A stretch of 63,268 nucleotides of DNA, the filler included, from Basidiobolus ranarum (lineage: Eukaryota): NCBI GenBank assembly GCA_040143965.1. It is 18 parts of 18 records of this genome, joined end to end, with 100 filler letters (N's around TTAATTAATTAA, not from the genome) between each part and the next. Parts side by side here need not be neighbours in the genome. Positions count along the whole stretch, not along the records: positions 10,601 to 14,030 come from JASJQH010002495.1; positions 14,131 to 17,559 come from JASJQH010002496.1; positions 17,660 to 21,086 come from JASJQH010002497.1; positions 21,187 to 24,613 come from JASJQH010002498.1; 14 more parts are not named here. One strand, 5' to 3'. Positions 10,501 to 23,859 of this stretch are shown in pieces; positions within the stretch are counted from its first letter, which is position 1; every line of letters starts with the position of its first letter. A program made the translations under genes and the position numbers. The notes beneath the pieces are model-generated. The model did no database searches. It saw only the letters and a program-made list of their open reading frames with translations, and had not been told where the DNA came from.

Positions 10501-13108
10501 NNNNNNNNNNNNNNNNNNNNNNNNNNNNNNNNNNNNNNNNNNNNTTAATTAATTAANNNNNNNNNNNNNNNNNNNNNNNNNNNNNNNNNNNNNNNNNNNN
10601 ACGAGAGCTTAGATGCTTCGATAACTTTTGATGAAAATACGATATTTGTTAGCGAAATTAATTTTTGACCCAACTGGTGAATTTAGCAGATGCAAGAATT
10701 ATATTGATTACTAATATTGAATATCATCCAGATTCAGGTACGCTGTAATATTATTGGGACTAAAGGAAGCTCTTGCTAGGGAGCCATTCCTGCCATGAAA
10801 AGGTTACTTATAACGTCACCCTACCTTTACTAATACGAGTTTTTCCCTGGTGTGCCACGGGCCATCCTATCCCCAAAAAAGATCAGTTGAGGTTATTTTT
10901 GGATTAAAATTTTCTTCACTGATGTTTTTACAAACGAAAGTTTGTCATTAAATTCTTCCATGATACAGGCTTTTTCAGCGTATTTTCGAAGCCAATTTTA
11001 TCCAGGATCCACATCGAAGTACATTTTCAGGAGGATTTGATGGATTAATCGGATTGCTGTATATGATTAACGGTAGAATGAAATGAATCTGATTAATCAT
11101 TTGTTCGCTTTTATCAACCGCGTAATGAAATTGTTTCAAATGTTGCTCGGCATCCATCCATTATTAACTCACGCAGCTCAGTCAAACATGACGTATCTTG
11201 GATTGCTAGATGGGTGAGAATTCAAACTTTGTTAGTACTGGTGCCAATTAATGTTGGCTCCTTCCTAGGCTTCAGGAGTGTAAATCACTACAGCAAAGCC
11301 TATTTCTTCTGAAACAGACTTTATCTAGGGAGTAGTGTCTCAATTGAATTCTCATGATTTCAAGGATTGCAGTCGCAGTATGATTAAGGATGGTTATCAA
11401 TTGGCACATCTACAAGTGTAGACGCAAATTCTTTTAAGGTCATGATAGAATATTACCTGCTTCTAGTTAATAGTCCGTTGCTATTGTGCAAAAACTGGGG
11501 GAAATGTGGTTCACTTTCAGTGTGGTGATTGCAACCACTATATTCATGAGATTACTGGAATTTTGTAAATAAAATTATCAAATTCTGTTTCTTCCATCTT
11601 TCAAGACAAAACTTTCACACATCGATAATTATATTACTCCAAAAACGGTGAACTAGAGCATATGGATTGTATTATCCAGAAATAGTTTCAATATCCACCA
11701 TACCTTCTTCCATGGTTGAAATGTTTTCTGTTATTACATAGAAATGAGTGTTTCGTCATATTTACTATCTATATATTTAATGATTGAGCATGGCAATTGC
11801 TATCAGTATCGCATCAAAAGAGAAAATATCTATTCGAATAGTCTTAGTGAATGCCTTCCTAACTCTCACTCTGGTTGTTAGGATAAGTCCCGATCTATTG
11901 CATAATTTTTTTGACTTAGAAAACATCGATTTGTTTTGGGACGGGGGATAGAGAATCTTTAAAAAGAGCACTGATAACCTTTAACTCATCAGATTATGTG
12001 GGTATTTGGACTATATATCCTGTCGTTAATGAATCTCGTAGCTCACCTTTGGCTTTGTATTTGCTATTGAATATTTGACCTGCCAATTTCTCGACGGATA
12101 AATGTTACTTCTGGCTGTAATTATATGTCTATACAGGACAGGGTAGATTACTCTAATCAATTATATATGCTTTGAAATCAATACAAAATTTAGGTGACCT
12201 CGCTATTTGATTCGATTCAATTCAATTGAATATTCAAACGGACTCTTGATAGAGTTATGCTGCATTGGTCTTAATGGCCAAGTATATTGAAACTCTTAAT
12301 GGAATTACCATATCAGTACATGTAATCAATCTCCTTGGAAAAACCAATCATCCGAACAACCGCCTCCTTACTGATCACTCCCACTACCAAACTCTACTAA
12401 TGGATATTAACAGCGGGCTTTGTGATAGGACATTACTGCATTCCAACTAGAAGCGATATCGCAATTATGGTTCATGCAAAAGAATGATCTGTAAGTATTT
12501 CCATCTTATTGCGTAGGCAATGCTCAAATCATATTGACACTGGCGTGTCGGGGGATAATTGTATTTTGGCACATAGAAATCATTATATGACTTGACTATA
12601 CTGGAGTAGAGGAAATCCCATCTTTGGTCGTATTGCATTTTGTTCTTACTGAATAAGGCAAAAAGCTCATATGAACGGCAAATATGCTGGCTGATAATTA
12701 GAGTGGCTGGTTGTACTGGTAAGATCACTTAATCGGCTAAATATATTCATTTCAAGTCTATTTTTATCTGGATACAACAGGGCTTTATCATCCAGTAACC
12801 ATAAATCTGGTGTGATCCACTAGTTTACTAGCCCATATTCATAGTTGGCAGCCAATCTCCAAGATTAACTAAATGAATCCAAAAATAACTGAATCATGGT
12901 TTCAATTGAATTTGTCTTTGCACATTCACAAAAACACTCAAGTTAAATGACTCTTGGACTTTATGGAAATGTTCAACGATTTTCAATTCTCTGAGTTATA
13001 TTGAAGTGACAGCGGTAGCAATCCAAATTATATAAAAACCGCTCGAAGGAGTACTTTCCAAACAGAAACCCAGCAACATCTGATACTTGAGATCTCAAAA
13101 TCAGTAGT

Positions 13109-14030
13109 ATGCATCTTCAACTTACTTCCTTTACTCTTTTGGCTCTGGTAAAACTAGCCAAAGCTCAGGAAGCAGAGTCCTCTACCTTGGCTACAATCAA
13201 TCCCGCGTGGGCTAGTCAATATGATCTCTCAAGTGTTCCAGATATCGCTCCTAGACCAGTAGGATCAGGTACGTGTCCGAACTCTCAATGTGGACCGGAT
13301 GACTGCGAGAACTGCTGGGAAACCTGTGGAAATTGCGCTTTACCCGATGACATCTATGGCTGTCAAGCTGGTCAATGGGCTCTAACATTCGATGACGGAC
13401 CGTCTCAATATACTTCTCAATTACTCGATATTCTTGCCGCAGCAAATGTCAAGGCTACTTTCCAAATGATCGGCTCAAATGTGATCCAATTTCCAGATGT
13501 AGTCAAAAGAGCTTATGATGAAGGGCATCAGATTGCCTCTCACACATGGTCACATCCACATTTGATGTCTCTCTCAAATGATCAGATTATAGCCGAGGTA
13601 AAAACTACAGAGGACACCCTCTTCAATATCACTGGAGCAAGACCTGCATATATCCGTCCCCCCTATGGTGAGGCGGACGATCGTGTTAAAGCCATCTTCA
13701 AAGCGATGGGTTATCACACTTTGTTATGGAATATGGATACCTTGGATTGGGATATTTCTGAGAAGAATGAGAGTGCCAACCTTATCTTAGATTCTTTCAA
13801 GGCAGCGCTAACTAATGGAACCGATCTTAATGCTCACAATGACCCGGGATTTATCTCCTTGCAGCATGATATCTATATTGACACGGTTGAACAGACACCA
13901 AACATAGCGAGCCTCCTATCTCAATATAATTTCCATTTCGTTCTTGCTTATGAATGTGCAAACTTAGCGCCATACCAAAATTTGGATCCAAGACCCATAG
14001 CCTTACCTGATAACACTATTTCCTCTACTC
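13109..14030 (+). CDS. Secreted chitin/polysaccharide deacetylase (CE4, NodB domain), 3' end cut by the contig end
   Basis: Signal peptide; Cys-rich N-terminus; ALTFDDGP, SHTWSHP, RPPYG, LWNMDTLDW and ISLQHD motifs. TATAAAAA about 75 bp upstream. Confidence 0.95.
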
Positions 14031-14131
14031 NNNNNNNNNNNNNNNNNNNNNNNNNNNNNNNNNNNNNNNNNNNNTTAATTAATTAANNNNNNNNNNNNNN
14101 NNNNNNNNNNNNNNNNNNNNNNNNNNNNNNC

Positions 14132-14254
14132 TTCACTTTACCCCTTGATGTACCCACCGGTAATTACCACTTCCAAGTTAGTGCTACCACTAGTGATAAA
14201 CAAAAATGCAGTTTGGATTCCAATTCATTCAAATTGAAGAACATCTTCGACTGA
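14132..14254 (+). CDS. C-terminal fragment of a hypothetical protein
   Basis: Open frame FTLPLDVPTGNYHFQVSATTSDKQKCSLDSNSFKLKNIFD* from the contig start; beta-strand-like pattern; followed by an AT-rich 3' region with AATAAA. Confidence 0.5.
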   Translation, partial: FTLPLDVPTGNYHFQVSATTSDKQKCSLDSNSFKLKNIFD

Positions 14255-15685
14255 GTCAAAACCCCATTTTCACCTCAATGAAATAATGTTTAGTAACTCC
14301 AAGGAAAATAAATGGTTTTCATTTTGAGAATTTCACTTGCTTTTAAGTATGAATGTTTAGCAAATTATATATAATCTAATAAACTCACCCGAAGTATATT
14401 CTATTGAATCTCTTGAAAAGATTTTCTTGAGTAGGATTAGGATTCTGATTCAGAATCAGATTACTTTTCCGCAGTATCGTGGCTACACAATAATCCAAAC
14501 TATTTGACATACTAGTGTTTCCATCACCAGGGCAAGTGGATTTCAATCACTTTCGGTTAAGTTACGAAAAAGTTTGAAGTCACCATTTGATCTAGTAAGG
14601 TTGATATCATCATCAGTCACTTCAGAATCCTTCAGGAAGTCTTCCAAATGAATGCATTTCTGGATAACCATTTCCGTCTTTATGGTAAAATTTAGTCAGA
14701 AATCTTTTTTGTTTTATTATTCTTCAAAGATAGTTGAGTTGTTTTTTTCAAGCAAGCTAAGAAAACACCCTTTCACGTATTAAGTTCGGAAACTCCATTC
14801 AACGATTGTTCATAATCTGATTATCGATTACTACACCAAGTGTAGTCTAATGAGCTCACACTCTTCTGTTCAAATTGGTATCGCATTAGTAAGGAACACG
14901 AATGGAAAGCTACCCCATCTGCCTAGTAACAAATGAAATGAATCTGGATTGAAGTAAGTTCGAGAGCTATGACGACTATTACGTTCGAGAAGGCGTGGTA
15001 AAATTGGACTGATATGGCGCATGTTTAATTGGTGCATTACTGGTCTACTTCTAACGCATTTCAACATATATCACATGAACTTGATACAGAGCAATCAGTT
15101 ACCATCTATGTGATATACAAACATACTGGGTATCAGGAAAGCTCTGGATTGGCTTTTCAGGTTTGGTCGGTATTGTCGGTTATATCTCATTATCCGAATC
15201 CAACTCCATTCCACTTATAACCCAAATTTAGGAATATTCATTGGCCATTATATCACTTTGGAATAGAAAGTTCTTTACATTAATTTATATTAAAACACGG
15301 TTACGGGAATCTTATCATATATATCTATTCCATAAGAGTCATGCTAGCAAAGAGATTCAAAATTCGCGTGTTAGCAGAAAATTCATCACACGTGACCATG
15401 AGGATTCCGAAGATTCGATACTAACTGAGTATTTTTAACCCATCCAATTGATGGATGATATTCATTAAGGATAATCATGAAGTGGGATTCTTTTCGAATA
15501 TTGCAAAAAAGTGGCATATTTTATTTACATGAAGAATTCTTTGGCGTCAGCATAAGAATCTCAATCTGGTCATCTATTTTCAAAAGTTGGTGTTACAGTA
15601 TTATGGACATTGTAGTAGCAATGATCACGGTCTTGGTCTTATTTCACACTTGATGTTTCCGCTGCTCTTCTTGGGGATGGTTCAT

Positions 15686-15964
15686 TTACTTCCAGTAAGA
15701 GGAGTTGACGCGTTTACGAAGGTATGTAAGCATACCATTGTATCGATTGTGAAGTTTATGATGATATTCGTGAACACGCGGATCGGTTTTATGATCGAAG
15801 GGTGGATCCCGTTCTTCATCTTCAAATTCTACTTCAGAATCAGAATCACTATACAGACTTTCTGGTGGAGATAGAGGACTGGGATTTTGCGGGCACAATG
15901 TGAAGGATTTCTCGTCTAGTTGACCGACAATATCACTGAACGAACCGGAAATAACTTGTAACAT
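15686..15964 (-). CDS. Small hypothetical protein (92 aa)
   Basis: ATG start; PSPLSPPES and an acidic tract; normal CpG content; TATAAATA about 70 bp upstream. Confidence 0.55.
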   Translation of the reverse strand: MLQVISGSFSDIVGQLDEKSFTLCPQNPSPLSPPESLYSDSDSEVEFEDEERDPPFDHKTDPRVHEYHHKLHNRYNGMLTYLRKRVNSSYWK

Positions 15965-17338
15965 ATTTGTATATCTGAGGTGAGGAGCTGATGAAATTCA
16001 CAATGATGACGATAAAGATGTACTTGTCTCTTGTATTTATATATTCTCCAATCTATGAGCTCCCCAAGTTTTAGTCCATACTTGGAATTTCTTTATCAAG
16101 ATTAGGTGAAATAATAAGTAACACCAAGCGGAGGTGCTTATCTATATCCACAGCTTGACAGAATACATCAGCTCTACTCTCGATTGATTGGTCTAGCTTT
16201 AGCAGGAATATAAATCCATTTTAACCAATCATCTTCCTTCTATTGGTCTATATCTTTTCTGAATGGTGGAGTGGGAAAAAGAACGCTAGATGTAGAAATC
16301 TCTGTAACAAATGTCCCAGTATTGTTTCAATATGTAGGTACTTTTACACTTGTCCAATGAATTAGCCAGCACTAAACAAGTATTTAAACCTTCAATTCCA
16401 ACCAATCAAAATGGTGGAGATCATTGAAGTCACAAAAGAATCAAAAGGTAGTAAAATCCATTTCGATAGTACCCATATATCCCCAAAGATATGAGGATAA
16501 CTCGTAGTGGCGTTTGGACTTTATCGTCAGAGAATGGTACCATTATAGTCCTCAACTAATTAGACCTATTTAAATGTCACTGCTTTATCATAATGAATAT
16601 TACCTTGATTTAGATCTCTCAATATATTCGATAGATAGTATCGTTCCCCATTGATTGATTTAATCTGACTTAAATCATATCTACTCAACAATCTCCTGAT
16701 ACAAGGTTTGAGTAGCCATATGCGAGGTATCTGTAGGTATCGGTATGAAATACCTCGGAGATACACATTACACTCGGATTCATATTCCATGATTGGGCGT
16801 TTGATGTTTGGAACTCTAGGTTACCATCCATTGCTAAATTGGTTAATATTTTGAATGACGCGTTGTTTTTATTTCATTATATTGAATGTTGAATACCTAG
16901 TCATTGGTGTACTATGAAGTTGGTTTATTAATATCACAAATTGTTTACTTATTTTTATGGATTTATTGTTATTATAAACTATACATTCAGAGCTGTTTAA
17001 AATCTCCATTTTCTTCAATAGGTTAGAAGGGTAGAGTCAAAATAAACCCGACCAATTCGAACAAGACAACAATAGTGAAACATATACCTTATGAAAGGTG
17101 AAATAGGTCACGACTTAGCTCGCGTAATTTCATGGGAAACTAAGTTGCCTCTAAATCCTCGGATTAGTGGTGAAAGAAAACGTGGACGTACATTTAAAAT
17201 AAGTGTTTATAATCTTCGATGTTAGAAGAGAGCAATTGAAAGAAGTACATGTAAATTGTAATAGGCCAGATGTATCGAAAATAAATCAACAATAAAGGCA
17301 GATGTTATAAGTTCTATAGATTGGGGGAGGGGTTATTT

Positions 17339-17559
17339 TTAAAGCACCTTCGCCATATCCTTTTTCTTTTTTCCACGAGGTGGAGTGATGGGACGTCCGG
17401 CACTCATTCCACCATAAGCATATTTCTGCTTCTTCTCGGCAGGCTTTAGGATCTAGGTAAACATGTGGGTAAATATCATGTAAAGTTTATAGAATGATGG
17501 AAGAAAATATTACTTGGAATGAGCACATCAGAGTTTCATCAACACTCATCATAGCACCG
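17339..17559 (-). CDS. GLC7: Protein phosphatase 1 catalytic subunit, last two exons (17514-17559 and 17339-17452)
   Basis: [46 protein letters not shown] is the diagnostic PP1 C-terminus. GT-AG intron at 17453-17513. Absent from the ORF track. Confidence 0.95.
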
Positions 17560-17659
17560 NNNNNNNNNNNNNNNNNNNNNNNNNNNNNNNNNNNNNNNNN
17601 NNNTTAATTAATTAANNNNNNNNNNNNNNNNNNNNNNNNNNNNNNNNNNNNNNNNNNNN

Positions 17660-17770
17660 TCTTGACAAAACTACAAATGTCAACTTTCTACTCAATAAAT
17701 CAATAAGTGAAAACCACCAATTCCTCTAATTCTCCAAACCATTTCCAACAGGCTCCCAAATACTTTAACA
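17660..17770 (+). mobile_element. 3' part of a copia LTR (family of about 340 bp)
   Basis: Near-identical to 18858-18968; ends AAATACTTTAACA. Confidence 0.88.
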
Positions 17771-18639
17771 ATAGTCACCTAAAAGGATGCCTCCACTCCA
17801 CATCTCTATCTACAGAGAGCATCTTACAACTAGTTATATTCACTAACTGTCCACTAGCATGTTTCTTGTGAAGCAATGGCACTTACCATTAATAAATTTG
17901 CTATACACTCAGCTCTGAAAAACACTGCCATTGCTTGCAAATGTAGCCCAGTCATAGAACTACAGAAATTTGATATTCAATTTATCACCTTTGTTTCAGG
18001 TTAAGTGTCAACCACATTATACAAAGTTTACCAGCTTGTTAAAAATCCACAATTCAATGAGTGCCTCCACTTGACAATAGAGGCCAGTAGTGTAGACATT
18101 GTAAGAATAAAAGCATAAACTATGGTCTTTCTCAAGTGATATCCATGAAGTTATTTGAATCTGGGGACATATTACTATTAGATACCTAACTTCATTTTAA
18201 GATATATATGACCAAATACATTATGTTATAAGATTCAAAATGTTTACACTGTGGCTTTGCCATTATCATTGCATGTTTCATACTTCAAGGATTTTGGAGC
18301 TGACTCATTCCATTTTATCATCTTGAATACAATCTGCAAAGCTATCAGATATATTCCTCTAATAGGGCCCCTTTCAATACATGTATTTGCTAGTAAAAAG
18401 GGAAAGGAAGGGAACAAAACTGTAACAAATATGAGTGTATGTAATAGTATCAGGAGAAGTGTAATCACCTTAATTATATTGAAGACTACTATTTGGGCTC
18501 TGCTTAGGCTATGTGTCAAATATCAAGTTGATACATGGAGTGAATGCTGAGATATTGTCATTTGAAAAATGCATGCAAAAAGAGTGAATCAACATGTTTA
18601 CAGCATGATTACTGTAGGACTTTTGGAGTAGTCAGCCAA

Positions 18640-18968
18640 TGTTGAAAATATCATTGCCTAAACACCTATATAGTCATATATAGCTTAGTACTTAGTTGTC
18701 TCATAATTCACTAAGAAATTATCCATTATTCTCATAAGGAATTTACTTAGAAGTTCTCAGATATATAGATTGTGATAACTTGTGCTAGAAGCCCCAAACT
18801 TTGCACACATGTTTCTGGGACCTTCCTTAACACATTCTACACGTTAGTTAGTTTACATCTTGACAAAACTTTAAATGTCAACTTTCTACTCAATAAATCA
18901 GTAAGTGAAAACCACCAATTCCTCTACTTCTCCAAACCACTTCCAACCGGCTCCCAAATACTTTAACA
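18640..18968 (+). mobile_element. Copia solo LTR (329 bp) with 5-bp TSD GCCAA
   Basis: TGTTG...TAACA; GCCAA at 18635-18639 and 18969-18973. Same family as the PBS-linked LTR at 42681-43027. Confidence 0.92.
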
Positions 18969-20262
18969 GCCAAATCATTTAATGAAATATCTTAAGTTAT
19001 GTTCTGGATTGTTTACTGCTCTAATAGTGTTGCTGGTTGTATCAATAGTTAGAGGATCGTAGATATACTCTTTCATAGTTTCCTTCCCACAAAGCAAACT
19101 GAAAATATAATACTAAATACTCGTTTGAGGATAACTTGCATAGATCGCTGATTCCAGTATGGATTTGATATTTCGAGGGTCACACTTCCTTCTACAACTC
19201 CAATCAATAGCTGAAATGGAAAAGTTACATTAGTGCAGGAATATTATTGGATCAAATTATAATTTGAGCAAGTATTGAGTTTCTTGCTTAACTGTGCAAG
19301 TACAGGTGCACATGGAAATATGCGTATATATGATAACCGTACTCTTCGAATGTCACCAAAGAATTCTACCCATGATAATAGCTTCACTAAGTCCCGCCAT
19401 TGTAGATAGTATTGCCCAAGGAATTCAAGAAGATACCGGTTCTATCCTTTGATTTGGTAAAAGACAGTCATCTGTCGGTAGAGATTCCTTGAATAGTATC
19501 TAGACTCATGCATCCAATACAATCTCTATATAGATACGGGCACAAAGTTTGACTGGCATATCCAAGTCCCACATCACCTGATAGATATCACTAACAGAAA
19601 CAATTAAACTGATCGAATCTGTTTATATGCTGTCTTCAACCACCCACATTCATCAGCCGTAGCAGAGACAATGAATATTTCCTTGTTAAACAGATAAATT
19701 GGTAGTTTCCGATATAAACGAGGTACTAGAAATGTTCATGGCGTATCTCCATTTTATACCCTCTCATGGAGTGTGCCATACGCAATATCCATGCTTATTG
19801 GCCTTCCCTGAATCGAGTTAACTCCGAAGACATCTAGTAGTATTACCGATATTTAATAGCCAGTAATATCCTGAGAAATCCGGTGCTCAAGTGGTTTTAA
19901 ACCTGTTATATGTATCAGTATTTTTCCAAATCACATCTCTGGTGGAATTTCTAGAAATTCGTTTGAAACGTTACGACGGGAAGGGAATTCGTGTAATCAC
20001 GTGATTTTCTCGGAAGTTCGTCGCCAGCTGTGTTCCATCACTAAGGAATAGGTGATGCAAAAAGATTTAAGGAACAATTATACGTATTTACGTGTAGTGG
20101 AGCATATTGATATAGCATTATCGATGGTTTTTCCATTTATATTTGTGTCATATGAAACAATCACAGGCCTATTTGGAGTCAACTGTTAGCTGGGGGCTTG
20201 GTCAGGGCGAGAATGAAGATGATATAAAATGGATCAGGAAAATATTGGATGCACTTGTAAAC

Positions 20263-21086
20263 ATGAGTACCTCTACAACACAAATCCCCACCCATTTTGA
20301 AAAACAAAATGGCACCCACCAAATAGTAAATGAACAACCCACTACTAACGTTATGAAAAAATCCTTCGCAAAGGAGATGCCAGTTGCACCGGTAACTGGT
20401 TTTTATGGCACCACCATGCAGTCATTAGGAGGATTTCTAGGTGCCCTCGGTTCTATTCCAGGTTGTTTCTGTTGTCCTAACCCCAACAAAGAGATTGTTC
20501 AAGGTACCGTGGGCTTGGTATCAAAATTCGGGCGCGTGTACAAGTGTGTTGATCCTGGTCTAGTCTCCGTCAATCCTTTGACAGAAACTCTTCATAAAGT
20601 GGATGTGAAGATTCAGATCGCCTCTATTGAGAACATTCGTATCATGACTAAAGACAACGTCAATATCAAGATTGATTCCGTGTTGTATTATCATGTAGTT
20701 GATCCTTACCAGGCACTCTTTGGAGTCAGCAACGTGCACCAAGCTCTGATTGAGCGTACTCAAACTACTCTTCGTGGTGTATTGGGTACGCGCGTGCTTC
20801 AAGATTGTATCGAGAATCGTGAAACTATCGCGGATGATATTCGAGAGATGATCGATATTCCAGCTAGAGAATGGGGTGTAACCATTGAGTCCATTTTGAT
20901 CAAAGACCTTGACTTTTCCAAAGAGCTTCAGGAATCGCTTTCAAGTGCTGCAACCCAAAAGAGAATTGGTGAATCGAAGGTAATTTCCGCACAAGCTGAA
21001 GTGGATTCGGCCAAACTGATGCGCGAGGCAGCAGAAATTTTAAATACTCCAGCTGCCATGCAAATCCGTTATTTGGAAACCCTAAG
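20263..21086 (+). CDS. Stomatin/SPFH (band 7) family protein, 3' end cut
   Basis: CFCCPNP; QGTVGLVSKFGR; MTKDNVNIKIDSVLYY; QTTLRGVLG; AMQIRYLETL. True start is likely ATG 20263, after TATAAAA at about 20223, not the ORF-track start. Confidence 0.95.
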
Positions 21087-21186
21087 NNNNNNNNNNNNNN
21101 NNNNNNNNNNNNNNNNNNNNNNNNNNNNNNTTAATTAATTAANNNNNNNNNNNNNNNNNNNNNNNNNNNNNNNNNNNNNNNNNNNN

Positions 21187-22076
21187 CCATGGCATGGTAG
21201 GCCAGAGGTTGGTAGCAGCAGGAACGAGCAAAGAACCGGGTGAGATTGTGGTGGAGAACCCATTGATGACTACCACTGCAACCAAAGCTATGGTGGAAAT
21301 AATACCAATTATAGAAGTATATGCTAAAATGCCAAGTGGAACCCAGGTAGAAGGAATCAAAACCAGAATACCGATGACCTTCAGCAAGTTTATGTTCGAG
21401 CTAGGGTACAAAGCATGAATAGAGTCGGCAAATACCATCAACAAAGCAACACTAGCTGCTAGAAGCTCAGCTACTAATAACACAGCCATGGTAATTCTAC
21501 CTTTGTTACCGAAAGCAGCGTAACCTACATCCGACAGGGAGAGCATAGAAGGATTTGTGTCTAAGCATTTACGAAGTAAAACGGCAGTGTAGCGAGTCAA
21601 CAAACAGAAGCACAACAACATGAATAAACCTAGTACCCAGCCAGTGATCTTAAATCCATAAGGTAGGGAAAGAATACCAAGGCCCATTAACACATTCACA
21701 GCGTTAAAAACAGATTGCGAAAAAGTACTAGTAGGCTCGTCATAAACTTCACACTCATGAGGGGCTGGCAATAAAGGTTTTTCTTCGGGGTTTAAGATAC
21801 CCGGGGGCTTGGCTACTTCTTCAGAGGTGGTAGGAAGACTCATGGTGCATTCCGAAGGTCGGAGATACTCCTCACCTACAATATCTTCAGGACTGTAATT
21901 AGGTTAAACAAAGGTGCTCAGGAGTCAGTTAACTTCAATCGAACTTACTCTGGAAAAGCATTGGCAAGAAGGTGTAGAGTAGTGCTCCTGTGAGAAGAAG
22001 ACAATATACCATCAGCAGCTCTGGAGGTTCTTGAGCGAGCCGACCGAACAGTGTAGGTCGATCTGTATGAAGACAT
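21187..22076 (-). CDS. AVT1-type (Aa_trans/AAAP) amino-acid transporter, 5' half (exons 21949-22076 and 21187-21892)
   Basis: STFSQSVFNAVNVLMGLGILSLPYGF...GW...YTAVLLRKC...DVGYAAFG. In-frame GT-AG intron at 21893-21948. Confidence 0.92.
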
Positions 22077-23859
22077 GATGTATAAACTTTACAAGGAGAG
22101 ACAAGGTAAAAATGGACCGAATGGCTAAAGACAGTTTACAAAAGAACAAGCACAATAGAGTAGTTATTCGAAATAGATGGTAGACACAAAATGGGCAGCT
22201 TGATTCCTTTTAAATCAAAGAATCACCGGATCATCACTCGAGTATTGACTAACGTGATATTACCATCATGATACAGTATCTTGCATATCACATAATGATC
22301 AAGCAACTTAGCAAAAACCAGTAAACATTTAAAATAGAAATGATATAGTTTCCATTAAATCGATCATTTTAAATTAGAACCCATTTGAAAGCTCCTCAGC
22401 ACTGCCAATTGACTTATATATCCAAAACGCATCCTACAAAAAAGGCGGAATTGAATCCAATGAATACTTAAGCTACTGAGAAATCGAGATAAGTAGAAAA
22501 TGGTTGATCACCTCAGTCATATGCCACAATCCTTCCCCTATCACCATTACTCGAGTAGTTAAAGCAGAAATGAATCGAGGCTAGGATACATGTGCTCGGA
22601 CGACCTATCATGATGGAGGGGACACAGATCAAGGACACCATGAGAGTGGTAAAGAGAGCAAGAGTAGGAGAATGTTTGCCTAGGTGTGTATCAAATACAT
22701 ACTCCATGCACCACATGGAGCCACCGCAAGAGAGGTAGCAATGTGCTCCGAGTCCTGTAGCTTGGTGATTCTATGCTCTTGTGAAAAGTTTATGGTTCTT
22801 GTGCAACATGGAAGGGACAATGGACTGATTTGGCAACATGGACTCCTTATCAGGCACAGCCCTACTTTGACTGATACAAGATCACTTGATTATCTAGTCA
22901 AAGCTTAATATGAAACCAACTAATGTAAATATGCGAAGCAAGCCTAGCTAAAGCCTCGCAGTATAAAGAACAGAGGCTCTTGCCATCCACCCATTGGTGT
23001 TCAAATAAGGCAAGTTTCTCACACGTTCATGTGTATACTTCATGAGCTCAAGTTCGTAAGGGTTGAGGGATCTTGTAAGATAGTGTGCATCCGATGACTC
23101 ATCGGTGATAGTAACTCTGTATCACGGTTGGACAGTGAATCACGTTTATATTGGTTCGGGTATTTCATTATATACTACGATGGCCGCCAAACCTGGTGAT
23201 TAGATAGGGTGATAAAATTGGTCTAATCGTCCACTCTTATTGGATCTCCTCATGCCAATTATTTTCGCATGTAGGACAAGTTGCAAACGACATAGCATTT
23301 AGCTGTAGATTTAGCTTAAACTATTCACAGCTCGGCTATCATCAACGGCTCATCCAAGGAAGGGTCTAGACCATTTTAGAAGCTTGAATTTAATTTTTGT
23401 GGTTAAACCAGCCTTGACCAAGCCCTACAGGTAGGCCAACATCAGGAGTCCTGCTGGCAGCCAGTGTGGATGTGCCGCAGGTAGATTTCTGTAGGAACTC
23501 TGCTCTCAACTATGCACCAGTCATTTGCTGGTCATCATCTGGAAGTTGAAACAACTTGAATTTTCCTTCCAAATTTAGTAATGCATTACCACGATTGCTG
23601 CTATTTCCATTCTAAATGATCGAGAATTTATTAAATGTTTACTGAACTTCACAATGTAATTTAAAGAATATAATGCTATTATCAAACAGATAAATAGTCG
23701 TTGGTGTAAAAACATGAGCGTATAAAGAACATACAATTTAGGATCTTCATGAAAGAATGTTATGAAACAGGGTGGGCTGATTGGTTGGGTATATGGCGAG
23801 TTATATATCGAGATTAAGGAAAAATACATTACTGAATCAGACTGTTGGGAATGAGTTAA

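Noticed and set aside
11180..11540. Minus-strand EEIGFAVVIYTP resembling a TIR/CAP12 motif
   Set aside because: A short match in stop-riddled sequence with no supporting context.
12465..12728. Short ORFs at 10975-11157, 12465-12728, 16566-16790 and 22513-22716
   Set aside because: No recognisable motifs. They could be pseudogene debris but cannot be supported.
20143..20262. N-terminal extensions of the stomatin ORF (and of the HypA ORF at 33511-33621)
   Set aside because: Non-ATG starts that run through the TATA boxes; the downstream ATGs fit better.
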